18,796 bases of DNA from Thainema sp. (GCA_052168235.1 JBQLZK010000018.1:85943-104738), one strand, 5' to 3'; numbered from the stretch's first letter, positions 8,705 through 18,196 are shown. The notes: generated by a model from the sequence alone, not told the origin. Program-made: numbers and translations.

Positions 8705-9329
8705 AAGCGACCTTGATAACTCGTATGGAACATCCAGTTGAAAAACCCAATGTTTAGTGTGCAATGCGTAGATGACGCGCATGTTGCACACAGGTTAGGT
8801 TTCACAAGCGGATTCTGTATCAGTATACAGTCAGGTTTTGCCTCCAGGTTTGGCTCAGTTAATGTAGGTTGGATGTGATTTTGAATGAGTGCGGCATTAA
8901 TGCTAAAGCGAGGAGCAGCTAGTGTGACAACGTTAAGCAAAAAGCAAGCTAAGTGACGGATAACGAGAAAGTGCGCTGTTTTTGATTAAAATGTGAGCAT
9001 TTTGCAGTGACATCTAATTCATCGAACGCCTTATCTAAAATAAAGTCTTATCTAAATCTTCTATAAGTAGAACTTTTACAAGTAGAACGTAGCTATTCGG
9101 TGACTTATCCAAACTGTATTCAACAACACAACAGTCTATAGAACAGCTTATAGATTACGTCTGATTAGAAGACATACGTCAAAATAAAAGAGAAGCTGCC
9201 ACACTATCAGCCTGTATGAAGCCCAAAATTAATTTCATTTGTGCCAGTTTGTCCCCTAGCGTTTCGTTCGTCCAGCCCCATACGGGAGCATGTAGTTGCT
9301 ATTTTCCGAGAGTGCCTAAGGTTTAAGTC

Positions 9330-10808
9330 ATGATTTTTTTAATATTGCTGCTCTTACTCGGAATATACGCCTACGTGATTGTTTGGCGCAGCTTTTCGCA
9401 GCTAACCCGGACTCCTATCTGGTTGCTGTGGCTGGTGATGATGATGCCTGCGTTGGTGCTAATGGGTTGGGCGATCGCAAATGGCGACAATCAGCAATCC
9501 TTTCCACTGCCGCTGTTGCTGGGCCTGCTGATTCTCTGTCCGACCCTGTTCTGGTTTTTGATCCAACTGGGGCGAGTCTCGCCGGAACAAATTCGTCAGT
9601 TTCAGGAGCAGCAGCAGCGAGAAATTGCTGAAAAGCTGGCGGAAAAACGGCCCAAAGTTAAACCAATCAATCGAGAAGAAGAAGCGAGCCTGCGCCACTG
9701 TTTTCCTTGGACGGTCTATTACCTGCAAAACTTAGAGTATCGGCCTCAAGCCGTGATCTGCCGGGGACAACTCCGATCGTCGCCTGAAATTGCCTATCGC
9801 ACGATTCGCGAGAATATCGAGGCAAAATTTGGCGATCGCTTTTTGGTGGTGTTTCAAGAAGGCAATAACCGCAAACCCTTTTTTGCGCTGGTTCCCAATC
9901 CCCAAAGCCAGTCCAAGTCGGCTAAACAGCAGCAAACCTTAACTCGTCCCGGTCTAGCTCTGGGTTTGCTGGCGATCACTTTGATTACAACCGCCTGGGC
10001 AGGCATGCAGATTGCAGGTTTTACTCCTGCCGAATTTCAGGATAATCCAGGCTCAATTCAGCAGGGCATTCCCTATGCACTGGCCCTGATGACGATTCTC
10101 GGCATTCACGAGATGGGGCATTATCTGGCGGCCCGCTACTACCGCATTCAAACCACGCTGCCCTACTTCATTCCGTTTCCGTTTTTCTTAGGCACGTTTG
10201 GCGCATTTATTCAAATGCGATCGCCAATTCCCAACCGTAAATCATTATTTGACGTTGGCCTGGCAGGGCCTCTATCCGGCTTCATTGCCACGCTGCCGCT
10301 GCTGTTCTGGGGACTCGCCCATTCCGAAGTAGTGCCAATGTCGGATGAGGCCAGTTTGCTAAATTTTGAAGCATTTAATCCCGGTAACTCGCTACTCATC
10401 GGTGTACTGACTAAACTGGCTCTCGGCAGCGCAATCACGGCTGAGCAAGCGATTTATTTACATCCGGTTGCCATAGCCGCCTGTTTGGGCCTAGTCGTCA
10501 CAGCACTCAATTTGATGCCTGTCGGTCAGTTAGACGGTGGTCACATTGTTCACGCGATGTTTGGTCAAAAAGTTGGCGCTAGAATTGGTCAGACGGCTCG
10601 CTTTTTGATGCTGGGTTTATCGTTTGTCCAGCGTGAGTTTTTCCTATGGGCAATTTTGCTCTTTTTGATTCCGGCTGTGGATGAACCAGCCTTGAATGAT
10701 GTGAGTGAGCTAAATGATCAGCGCGACTTTTTGGGACTACTGGCACTGACGATTTTAGTTTTGATTGTTTTGCCGATTCCTCCAGCGCTGAAATCAATCC
10801 TATTCTGA
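9330..10808 (+). CDS. Site-2 (M50) intramembrane zinc metalloprotease, EGY-like
   Basis: HEMGH, GTFGAFI, FDVGLAGP and LNLMPVGQLDGG; multiple TM helices. Confidence 0.93.
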   Translation: MIFLILLLLLGIYAYVIVWRSFSQLTRTPIWLLWLVMMMPALVLMGWAIANGDNQQSFPLPLLLGLLILCPTLFWFLIQLGRVSPEQIRQFQEQQQREIAEKLAEKRPKVKPINREEEASLRHCFPWTVYYLQNLEYRPQAVICRGQLRSSPEIAYRTIRENIEAKFGDRFLVVFQEGNNRKPFFALVPNPQSQSKSAKQQQTLTRPGLALGLLAITLITTAWAGMQIAGFTPAEFQDNPGSIQQGIPYALALMTILGIHEMGHYLAARYYRIQTTLPYFIPFPFFLGTFGAFIQMRSPIPNRKSLFDVGLAGPLSGFIATLPLLFWGLAHSEVVPMSDEASLLNFEAFNPGNSLLIGVLTKLALGSAITAEQAIYLHPVAIAACLGLVVTALNLMPVGQLDGGHIVHAMFGQKVGARIGQTARFLMLGLSFVQREFFLWAILLFLIPAVDEPALNDVSELNDQRDFLGLLALTILVLIVLPIPPALKSILF

Positions 10809-10818
10809 GGTTTGGGTC

Positions 10819-11352
10819 ATGAATGAGCGACAACAGCAATCGTCAATGCAGCATGGGGTAGCCCAGTGGCTGGCAGAAATTAGGCTGTTGCAAAATCAGT
10901 TAGCGACTGCTCGTCAAGAACGGGATGAATCCTTAAAAAGTGCAGCCAATTGGCGACAGCTTTATGAAACGGAAGCTAAGCAGCGCCGCACGGATACAGC
11001 ACTGAAGCAGCAGCAAATTGATCAGCTTCAGGCTGAGCTAGCCCAGTATCACGGCAGTCACCATAACGGCAGTCAAGGCAGCCAAGCCGATGGTCAAGCG
11101 CGATCGCAACTGGAACTCGAACAGAACCTGGCTCATCTCAGCGATACCGATCTCAAACAGCGTCTAATTGAAGCCCTGCAAGATTGCGATCGCTTACGCC
11201 AAACTCTCCAAAAAGAACGGGACGAACATATTCAAACCCGCAAAAGTTTGACTAGTGCCCTGGGAGATGCGGTGGATCAGCTCACTCGCGCCCGTCAGCT
11301 CAATCATTCTGTTGCGACTCATTCCCTGAGTTCAGACCAATCGGCTGAGTAA
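10819..11352 (+). CDS. Hypothetical coiled-coil protein
   Basis: 177-aa Q/E/R/L-rich helical ORF starting 10 nt after the M50 stop; motifs WRQLYETEAKQRR and HIQTRKSLTSALGDAVD. Confidence 0.8.
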   Translation: MNERQQQSSMQHGVAQWLAEIRLLQNQLATARQERDESLKSAANWRQLYETEAKQRRTDTALKQQQIDQLQAELAQYHGSHHNGSQGSQADGQARSQLELEQNLAHLSDTDLKQRLIEALQDCDRLRQTLQKERDEHIQTRKSLTSALGDAVDQLTRARQLNHSVATHSLSSDQSAE

Positions 11353-11370
11353 GTAGATTGGCATCAATCC

Positions 11371-14300
11371 TCAAGCGAAAAGCGTATCCACTGCATCCGC
11401 GCTCAGCGGTTTAGAAAATAAATAGCCCTGTCCAAAGTGGCAACCCAGTTGCTTGAGCTGGGCAAACTGCTGCTTTGTTTCAATGCCTTCTGCGATCGCA
11501 TTGAGTCCTAACTGGTGACTGAGAGAGATGATGGTCTTGGTGATTTGCAGATGAAATGGGTCATGAATATCCTTGACAAACGACTTGTCAATCTTCAAGT
11601 TGTTCACAGGCATCCGGTGCAGATAGCTTAGTGAAGAGTAGCCTGTGCCAAAATCATCAACGCTAATTTGAATGCCCAGATTTTGCAGTTGCTTGAGCTT
11701 GTCAATTAGATCGAGTGAGCTTTCAACTAATAAACTTTCGGTTAGTTCCAGCGCGACATAGTTCGGTGGTAGACCTGTGCGCTCCAAAATATCTTGAATT
11801 TGCGGCACCACTGCGGGCATTTTGAGCTGCCGAACCGATACATTGATGCTGATTTTGAGAGTATGGGCGGCTTTGTGTCGGCGTCGCCAATTCATCATTT
11901 GCTGACAGGCCGCTTCCAGAATCCAGAGGCCCAATGGCACAATCAGTCCTGTATCCTCGGCGACGGGAATAAAATCGGAGGGTGAAATGAGACCATGCAG
12001 TGGATGTTGCCAGCGCAGCAGCGCCTCAAACCCCGTCAATTCCCCAGATTCAATCGCCACAATGGGCTGATAGTGCAGGAAAAACTCGCCGTTTTCCAGG
12101 GCTTTACGTAAATCTGTTTCCAAATGGAGCCGCTTGAGGACAGTCGTGTGCATGGAGGGCGTAAACACCATGTAGTGGTTCTTGCCGTTTGCTTTGGCTT
12201 GATACATGGCCAAGTCGGCATCGCGCAGCAAACTCTGAGGGTTGTGATACGAGTCCTGACCATACACAATGCCAATGCTGACGGTTGCGAACAGTTCATA
12301 ATCCTCAACCAGGATGGGCTGTTGAAAGACTTGCGAGATTTGCTCAGCCAGGATCAACGGCTGATTTTGGTTATCGATAAAGGTCGATAGAATGACAAAC
12401 TCATCGCCTCCCAGGCGAGCTAGAAAATCATTGGCGGACACTAGGCTTTGCAGCTTGCGGGCAATCATACACAGCAGCTGATCGCCAACGGGATGGCCCA
12501 AGCTGTCGTTGATCACCTTGAATTCATCAATGTCTAAAAAAAGAACCGCAAACGCTTGGTCGGGATGAGTGGGTGATTGGGCAAGGGTTTGTTCGAGCCG
12601 CTCCAGTAAAAAACTACGGTTGGGTAAGCCTGTTAATGAGTCGTGGCGAGCGTCATTCAGGAGTTGAGTTTGAAATTTGACCCGTTCCGTTACATCGCGC
12701 GCCGTCGTTTGATAGCCCACAACTTGCTGGTCTGCGGCCAGAATGGGTTTGACCAGCGTTTCGAGCCAAATGTAGTCACCATTTTGGTGGAGCATTCGAT
12801 GGTAGGTAACGGGGGCGGATTCCTCGCCGACCGTTGCCTGTTGAATCGCTTGCTGTAGTGTAGGCCAGTCATCTGCATGACAAAATTTTGTGGGTTGCTG
12901 ATTAATGAGCTCCTGTGGGTTATATCCCAGTAGGGTTTGACAAGACGGACTGACGTAGCTGTAGCTGTTGTCCATGCGATGCAGGCAAACCAAGTCGCGC
13001 ATGTTGTCGGCAACAATCCGATACAGTAATTCGCTCTGACGCAGTGCTGCTTGAGTGAGCTTGTGTTCTGCGATCTCCATTTGGGCTTGCTGGTAGAGGG
13101 CAGCCTGATGAACTGCGATCGCAACTTGAGTGGCCAACTGCTGGAGCAATTCGCTTTCCCACGTTTGCCACTGACGGGAATGGCGGCACTGGTGAACAAC
13201 CAGTAATCCCCACAAATTGTCTTGATGCAAAATTGGCACGACTAGCTTTGACTTCACCTGGATGTGCCGCAGCGTTTCCCGCAGGCATTCCGACATCTCA
13301 TCCTGCTCAACGTCGGTCACACAGCGCACTCGACCCTGGCGATACATCTCGTAACACTCTAGCGGAAACATATCGGGCGGTAGCGGCTGGGGCAGAATGG
13401 CGGTGCAGTCTGCTGCCACTGATTCGGTGATTATCTGGCCTGCGCCATCCGGATTGGTGCGATAGGTGACAACCCGATCGGCCTGGAGAAGTTGGCGCAC
13501 TTCGGCCACGGTTGTATCGAGGATTTCGGTGAGATCTAGCGACTGGCGAATTCGATGTGCGATCGCATTGACGATCTGTTCCCGCTCTTGCTGTTTGCGG
13601 CGGAATTCCTCAGTCTGCTTCCGCTCGGTGATATCAACGCCAATGCCCGTAATTTCAAACAGTTCACCCTGCTTATTGAAATGATTGATCGAACTCCAGG
13701 CAATCACCCGCTTTTCCCCTTGCCGAGTCGTGATCGTCATCTCGTAGTTCGTGACTTGCCCTTGTTCAGCAAAGTCCCGATACATTTGCTCAACCTGGCG
13801 ATAGTCATCACCGGGATACAAAATTTGCAGCCAGTTTTGGCCCAGCAGCTCGTCTGCTGTGTATCCAGTTATTTCATAGGTTGCCGGATTGGCAAATTTC
13901 GTAGTGCCGTCCGGCGCAATGCTCGCAATCAAAAGCGGTGCTGTGGTCACAATGTGATCTGTAAACTCCCGCGCCTCCGCTAACGCGGTCTGGATCTGCT
14001 TGGCCTCCGTAATATCATGGCGAATTGCCACATACTGAACTGGCTGTCCTTGGTCATCGACAAACGGCACAATTGTGATGTCAACCCAGTAGTAGCTGCC
14101 GTCCTTTGCTCGATTTTTGATCTCGTTGTGCCAGACTTTTCCACTAGAAATGGTTTGCCACATGTCCTGGAAAAAGGCTTTGGCATGATACCCAGAATTA
14201 ATGATGCGATGGGTTTGCCCGATCAGCTCTGCTCGGGAATACTGGGAAATTTCGCAGAATTTGTCGTTGACGTAGGTGATCCGTCCGGCTGCATCCGTAA

Positions 14301-15246
14301 TCGCGACGATAGAAGACTGATCCAGCGCAAACTTAATATTCGATGCTTCTTGCAGCGATCGCTGCAACCGCGCCTCTGTTTGCTTTTGCTGCGTCACATC
14401 GCGTGTGATCGCCAAATGCGCCCAGCGCCCTTCAGGCATTATCGGCAAAGGCGTCGCATGAGTTGACATAGATCGCCGATTTCCGCGACAGGTAATAATG
14501 TCGAACTCCAGCGTGCCCGATTCACCCTGACAAATCCGCTGATTCAATGCCTTAAACGCAGCTCGATCTTCCGGTGCGATTAAGCAATAAATTGATTCAC
14601 CAATCACCTCTTTGGCATCGGTTGCCTCAATTAACGCTAACCCAGCAGGATTCATATCTAGCAGAATGCCATTGGCATCAATAATTTTGAGGCACTCTGG
14701 CTGATTTTCAATAATGTTATGAAGGCGTTTTTCTTGCTGCGCTAGGATAGCCGCGCGCTTACGCAATTCCAACTGACTGACGATTTGACGACTGAGAATT
14801 TGTAGCGTTTCGATCTGTTCAGCCGTGACTGTCCGGGGTACATAGTCCATCACGCATAGGGTGCCAATCCGACAGCCATTGGGTGCAACCAGTGGAATCC
14901 CTGCGTAGAAACGAAATGGCAGGTTCTCTGCAACGAGTGACTGGGACGCAAATCGCGAATCAATTGCTAAATTTTCGACAATCAGTGGCTCATCCGAGCG
15001 AATGGCATGGTGGCAGCAGGTTGCTTCTCTGGGCATTTCCGAATGATTGAGCCCAACTTTTGCCTTGAACCACTGACGAGTTTGATCCGAGAGGCTGATC
15101 AGCGCAATTGGTGTTTGACAAAAGGTGGCGGCCAAACGGGTGAGATCATCAAATTCAGGTTCCGCACCAGAATCTAAAACGTCGTAGTCACGGAGTGTTT
15201 GTTGCCTTTCTTGTTCTTCAAGATCGTTTCGAAAGGACATTGGCAT
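11371..15246 (-). CDS. Multi-sensor c-di-GMP cyclase/phosphodiesterase: GAF-PAS-PAS-PAS-GAF(cyanobacteriochrome)-PAS-GGDEF-EAL
   Basis: GAF (RFYAGIPL, GTLCVMD); four PAS/PAC units ending in DVT/DIT; second GAF (ADRVVTY, LWGLLVVHQC); HDSLTGLPNR and ARLGGDEF; EALLRW, DDFGTGYSS and AEGIE. Confidence 0.95.
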   Translation of the reverse strand: MPMSFRNDLEEQERQQTLRDYDVLDSGAEPEFDDLTRLAATFCQTPIALISLSDQTRQWFKAKVGLNHSEMPREATCCHHAIRSDEPLIVENLAIDSRFASQSLVAENLPFRFYAGIPLVAPNGCRIGTLCVMDYVPRTVTAEQIETLQILSRQIVSQLELRKRAAILAQQEKRLHNIIENQPECLKIIDANGILLDMNPAGLALIEATDAKEVIGESIYCLIAPEDRAAFKALNQRICQGESGTLEFDIITCRGNRRSMSTHATPLPIMPEGRWAHLAITRDVTQQKQTEARLQRSLQEASNIKFALDQSSIVAITDAAGRITYVNDKFCEISQYSRAELIGQTHRIINSGYHAKAFFQDMWQTISSGKVWHNEIKNRAKDGSYYWVDITIVPFVDDQGQPVQYVAIRHDITEAKQIQTALAEAREFTDHIVTTAPLLIASIAPDGTTKFANPATYEITGYTADELLGQNWLQILYPGDDYRQVEQMYRDFAEQGQVTNYEMTITTRQGEKRVIAWSSINHFNKQGELFEITGIGVDITERKQTEEFRRKQQEREQIVNAIAHRIRQSLDLTEILDTTVAEVRQLLQADRVVTYRTNPDGAGQIITESVAADCTAILPQPLPPDMFPLECYEMYRQGRVRCVTDVEQDEMSECLRETLRHIQVKSKLVVPILHQDNLWGLLVVHQCRHSRQWQTWESELLQQLATQVAIAVHQAALYQQAQMEIAEHKLTQAALRQSELLYRIVADNMRDLVCLHRMDNSYSYVSPSCQTLLGYNPQELINQQPTKFCHADDWPTLQQAIQQATVGEESAPVTYHRMLHQNGDYIWLETLVKPILAADQQVVGYQTTARDVTERVKFQTQLLNDARHDSLTGLPNRSFLLERLEQTLAQSPTHPDQAFAVLFLDIDEFKVINDSLGHPVGDQLLCMIARKLQSLVSANDFLARLGGDEFVILSTFIDNQNQPLILAEQISQVFQQPILVEDYELFATVSIGIVYGQDSYHNPQSLLRDADLAMYQAKANGKNHYMVFTPSMHTTVLKRLHLETDLRKALENGEFFLHYQPIVAIESGELTGFEALLRWQHPLHGLISPSDFIPVAEDTGLIVPLGLWILEAACQQMMNWRRRHKAAHTLKISINVSVRQLKMPAVVPQIQDILERTGLPPNYVALELTESLLVESSLDLIDKLKQLQNLGIQISVDDFGTGYSSLSYLHRMPVNNLKIDKSFVKDIHDPFHLQITKTIISLSHQLGLNAIAEGIETKQQFAQLKQLGCHFGQGYLFSKPLSADAVDTLFA

Positions 15247-15674
15247 TTACCCTAGGCGACGAAAACAGCCTATTTGCCTCAGAAGCTCCGGCAATACTAC
15301 TGATCGGCAAGTATGCTATCCCCTCATTAATCCCTATTTTTGCCTTGCTCCAACAGAACCATAAGACACTTAACAACGCCAACAGCTCACGCCTGGGGAT
15401 TGCGTCGTATTCTTACTCATATTCTTAATCGTATGCTGGGCCGTATAGCTTGCACCTGGCCAATTAACTCACAGGGTCGATCTCGTTCGATCACAAATGT
15501 AATCGGTAGACTACTCTCCTGTGCCTTGCTAGGCTAGAAGCCGAAACGGCCCTTTCGCGGGACACAGTGGAATAACCGTTTCATACACAATCTGCTGATC
15601 AAACCAGTTTTTATTTGGGTTTTTCTTTAGCTGAATTTAGATCCGCTTCTGATACAGGCTGTGAGTTGATAAAG

Positions 15675-17270
15675 ATGATTAACCGTCGCCGATTTGTACA
15701 ACTGTCTGGTGGTGCGGCTTTAGGCGTTGCCGGTTTGAGTCAGGTGAGCGTGGCTCAAACGACTTCGGAATCCAGCGTTATCCAAAACGAACCGATGCTG
15801 GAGATGCAGGCATGGCAGTTTGGTGGCAAACCCGTCAATAAGTCTCAGCTTGGGCGGCTTTATTTTCTAGATTTACAGGAAAATCCCCAGCGTCATCCGG
15901 TGCGCCAGGTGGAAGCGGGACGAGTGCGATCGCAACCGCCTGCGCTGCTACCGTGTGCAGTTGCTTTGAAATTACCAGTTGACGGCTTCGGCAATGTCAC
16001 GCTGTATGCGGACAATCAGGGCCAAGGCTACGATGTGACCGATTTCCCCCTGAATTTGAATCAGGCATTTGCTCAAACGCGACTGTACCGAGTTCGTCAG
16101 ACAGTTGAACAGTGGCAGCAGCAGGGTTTCGTCGTACCCGCCGCCACGCTACTGCGGCTTCAGCGGGCCGATGTTGCTTTGGGTCGGGGCAATCAGGCCA
16201 GCGATCTCAGTGAGCAACTGCACTGGTGGCAGGAATCTCTGCTGGACAGCCTTTGGGCTGGTGAAGAGGTTGCGATCGCACGGGCCAAACAGCGAATTGC
16301 CCAACAGGAACAACGTGCCGATTTTCTGTTTGGCGGCAACTTTTTTCGCTATCCCAGCGGCGGCGAAATTTATAATCAGCGCTTTCGCGACATCTTCAAC
16401 TATGCGACGGTACCCTTTTACTGGCGCTCATTTGAGCCAGAACCAGGACAGCCGGACTACCTCCGGATTGACAGTATGACCGCATGGCTACAGCAAGCAG
16501 GTATTGTGGCCAAGGGACATCCGCTGGTGTGGTTCCACCAGGCCGGAGTTCCTGACTGGATGCGGGATGTGTCCTTTGGCGAGATGCAGGACAAGTTGCG
16601 ATCGCGCATTCTCGATATTACGCAGCGCTACCGGGGTCGCATTGCGGCTTTCGACGTAATGAATGAGGCCAACAATGTGCCGTGGGCGAATGAGCTGGGT
16701 TATTCCCTCGATCAGCTCATGGAAATCACCGATCTGGCCTGCCGCACCACTCAACAGGGCAATCCTGATGCGACTCGGGTGGTCAACTACTGCTGCCTTT
16801 GGGCCGAAGAAGTGGCCGAGTCAGAAACTCCAGCGATCAGCCCCTATCAGTTTGTGCAAAACTGCTTTGCTGCCGACATTTCCTTTGAAGTGATTGGTCT
16901 TCAGCTTTACTATCCTCACCAGGATATGTTTGAAATTGACCGGATGCTGGATCGCTTTGGTCAGTTCGGCAAACCAGTTCACGTCACGGAACTAGGTGTG
17001 GCATCCGCAACCGAAAACGATATGGATGCCCTAATTCATAAACCGGGCGGACGCTGGCACGCCCCTTGGAGTCAGGCGGTACAGGCGGACTGGGTAGAGC
17101 AATTTTATACGCTGTGCTTCAGCAAACCTCACATTGAAGCCGTGAGCTGGTGGGATTTAAGTGACATCGGCAATTTTTGGCCGCATGGGGGCCTAGTGGA
17201 TGATGATATGCAGCCCAAGGAAGCCTATCGACGTTTACAGCAGCTTATTACAACATGGCGACAGCTATAG
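15675..17270 (+). CDS. Tat-exported glycoside hydrolase family 10-like protein with N-terminal extension
   Basis: MINRRRFVQ twin-arginine signal; KGHPLVW, FDVMNE (acid/base Glu), HVTELGV (nucleophile Glu) and PKEAY. ATG 15675 is preferred over TTG 15615. Confidence 0.85.
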   Translation: MINRRRFVQLSGGAALGVAGLSQVSVAQTTSESSVIQNEPMLEMQAWQFGGKPVNKSQLGRLYFLDLQENPQRHPVRQVEAGRVRSQPPALLPCAVALKLPVDGFGNVTLYADNQGQGYDVTDFPLNLNQAFAQTRLYRVRQTVEQWQQQGFVVPAATLLRLQRADVALGRGNQASDLSEQLHWWQESLLDSLWAGEEVAIARAKQRIAQQEQRADFLFGGNFFRYPSGGEIYNQRFRDIFNYATVPFYWRSFEPEPGQPDYLRIDSMTAWLQQAGIVAKGHPLVWFHQAGVPDWMRDVSFGEMQDKLRSRILDITQRYRGRIAAFDVMNEANNVPWANELGYSLDQLMEITDLACRTTQQGNPDATRVVNYCCLWAEEVAESETPAISPYQFVQNCFAADISFEVIGLQLYYPHQDMFEIDRMLDRFGQFGKPVHVTELGVASATENDMDALIHKPGGRWHAPWSQAVQADWVEQFYTLCFSKPHIEAVSWWDLSDIGNFWPHGGLVDDDMQPKEAYRRLQQLITTWRQL

Positions 17271-17281
17271 TTTTTGTAGCC

Positions 17282-17362
17282 TTTGTAAGTTGAGTACAAC
17301 GAAATGAAACCAACGATTCCGAGGAATTATTAAGTCTTGTATACTCGACGCCAACTTACAAA
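17282..17362. repeat. Degenerate REP doublet (REPIN-like) between convergent genes
   Basis: Terminal inverted arms TTTGTAAGTTG (17282-17292) and CAACTTACAAA (17352-17362). The left unit GTAAGTTGAGTACAACGAAATGAAACCAAC resembles the GTAGGTTGGG...GAAACCCAAC repeats I recall from cyanobacteria. Confidence 0.45.
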
Positions 17363-17412
17363 AGCGAAACTAGACCCTACAACAGAGTCTAGGAATATAC
17401 CCTGTTGTTAAT

Positions 17413-18096
17413 CTAAAATATTTGCTTTTTCAAATTTATTAGAGCATTTTCGGCAGCCTGTTTTTCCGCTTCTTTCTTATTTCGGCCTTTACCTTCACCA
17501 CAAAGTTTTTCATTTACGTAAACCTTAGCCGTGAATTCTGGTTCATGATCTGTACCACCTGTTTTTTCCGTTACATATTTAGGTGGAGAAGTTGCGCCAT
17601 TAGCTTGAGCAAGTTCCTGAAATTTGTTTTTAGAGTCTACGCTTGAACGTACTATAACAACGTTTTTAGGAACGGAATTGAATAATTCCTCTATAAGTGG
17701 ACGAAGCACTTCAATATTTTTATCGTGATCTAAATAATAGGCACCTACAACAGCTTCAAAGGTACAACTTAATAAGTTGGGATTGTGATAACCACCTTCT
17801 TTAATTGCACCCTGTCCTAGGCGCATTCTAAAATCTAGTCCAACTTCAGTTGCAAATCGAGCCAGCTGTTTTTCATCAACAAGAGCTGATCTCCGGCGAG
17901 TCATTTCATCTTCTTCCATCTCCGGATAAATTTTGTATAAATACTCACCGCTAATGAAATTCAAAATAGCATCGCCAAGAAACTCTAATCGTTCATTATG
18001 ACCTGCTTCTTCAGGATTTTCATTAACATAGGAGCGATGAGTCAATGCATGGCGCAATAGCTTCTCATCATTAAATTTCAATAGTTTGTGCATCAC
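17413..18096 (-). CDS. rnc: Ribonuclease III (probable accessory paralog) with dsRBD
   Basis: ALTHRSY, signature NERLEFLGDAIL, TFEAVVGA, and C-terminal dsRBD (KNKFQE...GKGRNKKEAEKQAA). Start at GTG 18096 or ATG 18093. Confidence 0.93.
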   Translation of the reverse strand: MMHKLLKFNDEKLLRHALTHRSYVNENPEEAGHNERLEFLGDAILNFISGEYLYKIYPEMEEDEMTRRRSALVDEKQLARFATEVGLDFRMRLGQGAIKEGGYHNPNLLSCTFEAVVGAYYLDHDKNIEVLRPLIEELFNSVPKNVVIVRSSVDSKNKFQELAQANGATSPPKYVTEKTGGTDHEPEFTAKVYVNEKLCGEGKGRNKKEAEKQAAENALINLKKQIF

Positions 18097-18124
18097 AGTT
18101 CCTGTTATTTCAATTTGTTGTATA

Positions 18125-18179
18125 GGTAGTGCTACATCCTCAATTACCTTATGGTTGGTTATAACACTACCAATCGAGG
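18125..18179 (-). promoter_or_regulatory. Structured leader of rnc with two overlapping alternative stems
   Basis: 12-bp stem 18171-18160 / 18136-18125 (2 G-U) and 8-bp stem 18179-18172 / 18145-18138 (1 G-U) on the minus-strand RNA. Confidence 0.5.
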
Positions 18180-18196
18180 TTGTTCAGCTTATCAGC

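Larger units (their letters stand above)
2255..16605. repeat. Dispersed HIP1 octamers (GCGATCGC)
   Basis: About 20 copies seen by eye, first at 2255 and last at 16598; a hallmark of many cyanobacterial genomes. Confidence 0.9.

Noticed and set aside
9030..9160. Possible CRISPR array from short repeats
   Set aside because: Repeats are 9-10 nt with 15-17 nt periodicity; no 25-40-nt repeat/spacer structure and no cas genes.
11794..14466. Many short ORFs inside the GGDEF-EAL gene
   Set aside because: They are off-frame or antisense overlaps of a long, well-supported CDS.
15500..15614. Small hairpins (GCCGAAACGGC; CCC-TTTCGC-GGG) as a possible cyclic-dinucleotide riboswitch upstream of the GGDEF-EAL gene
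   Set aside because: Conserved c-di-GMP/c-di-AMP aptamer motifs could not be matched, and the stems are too short.
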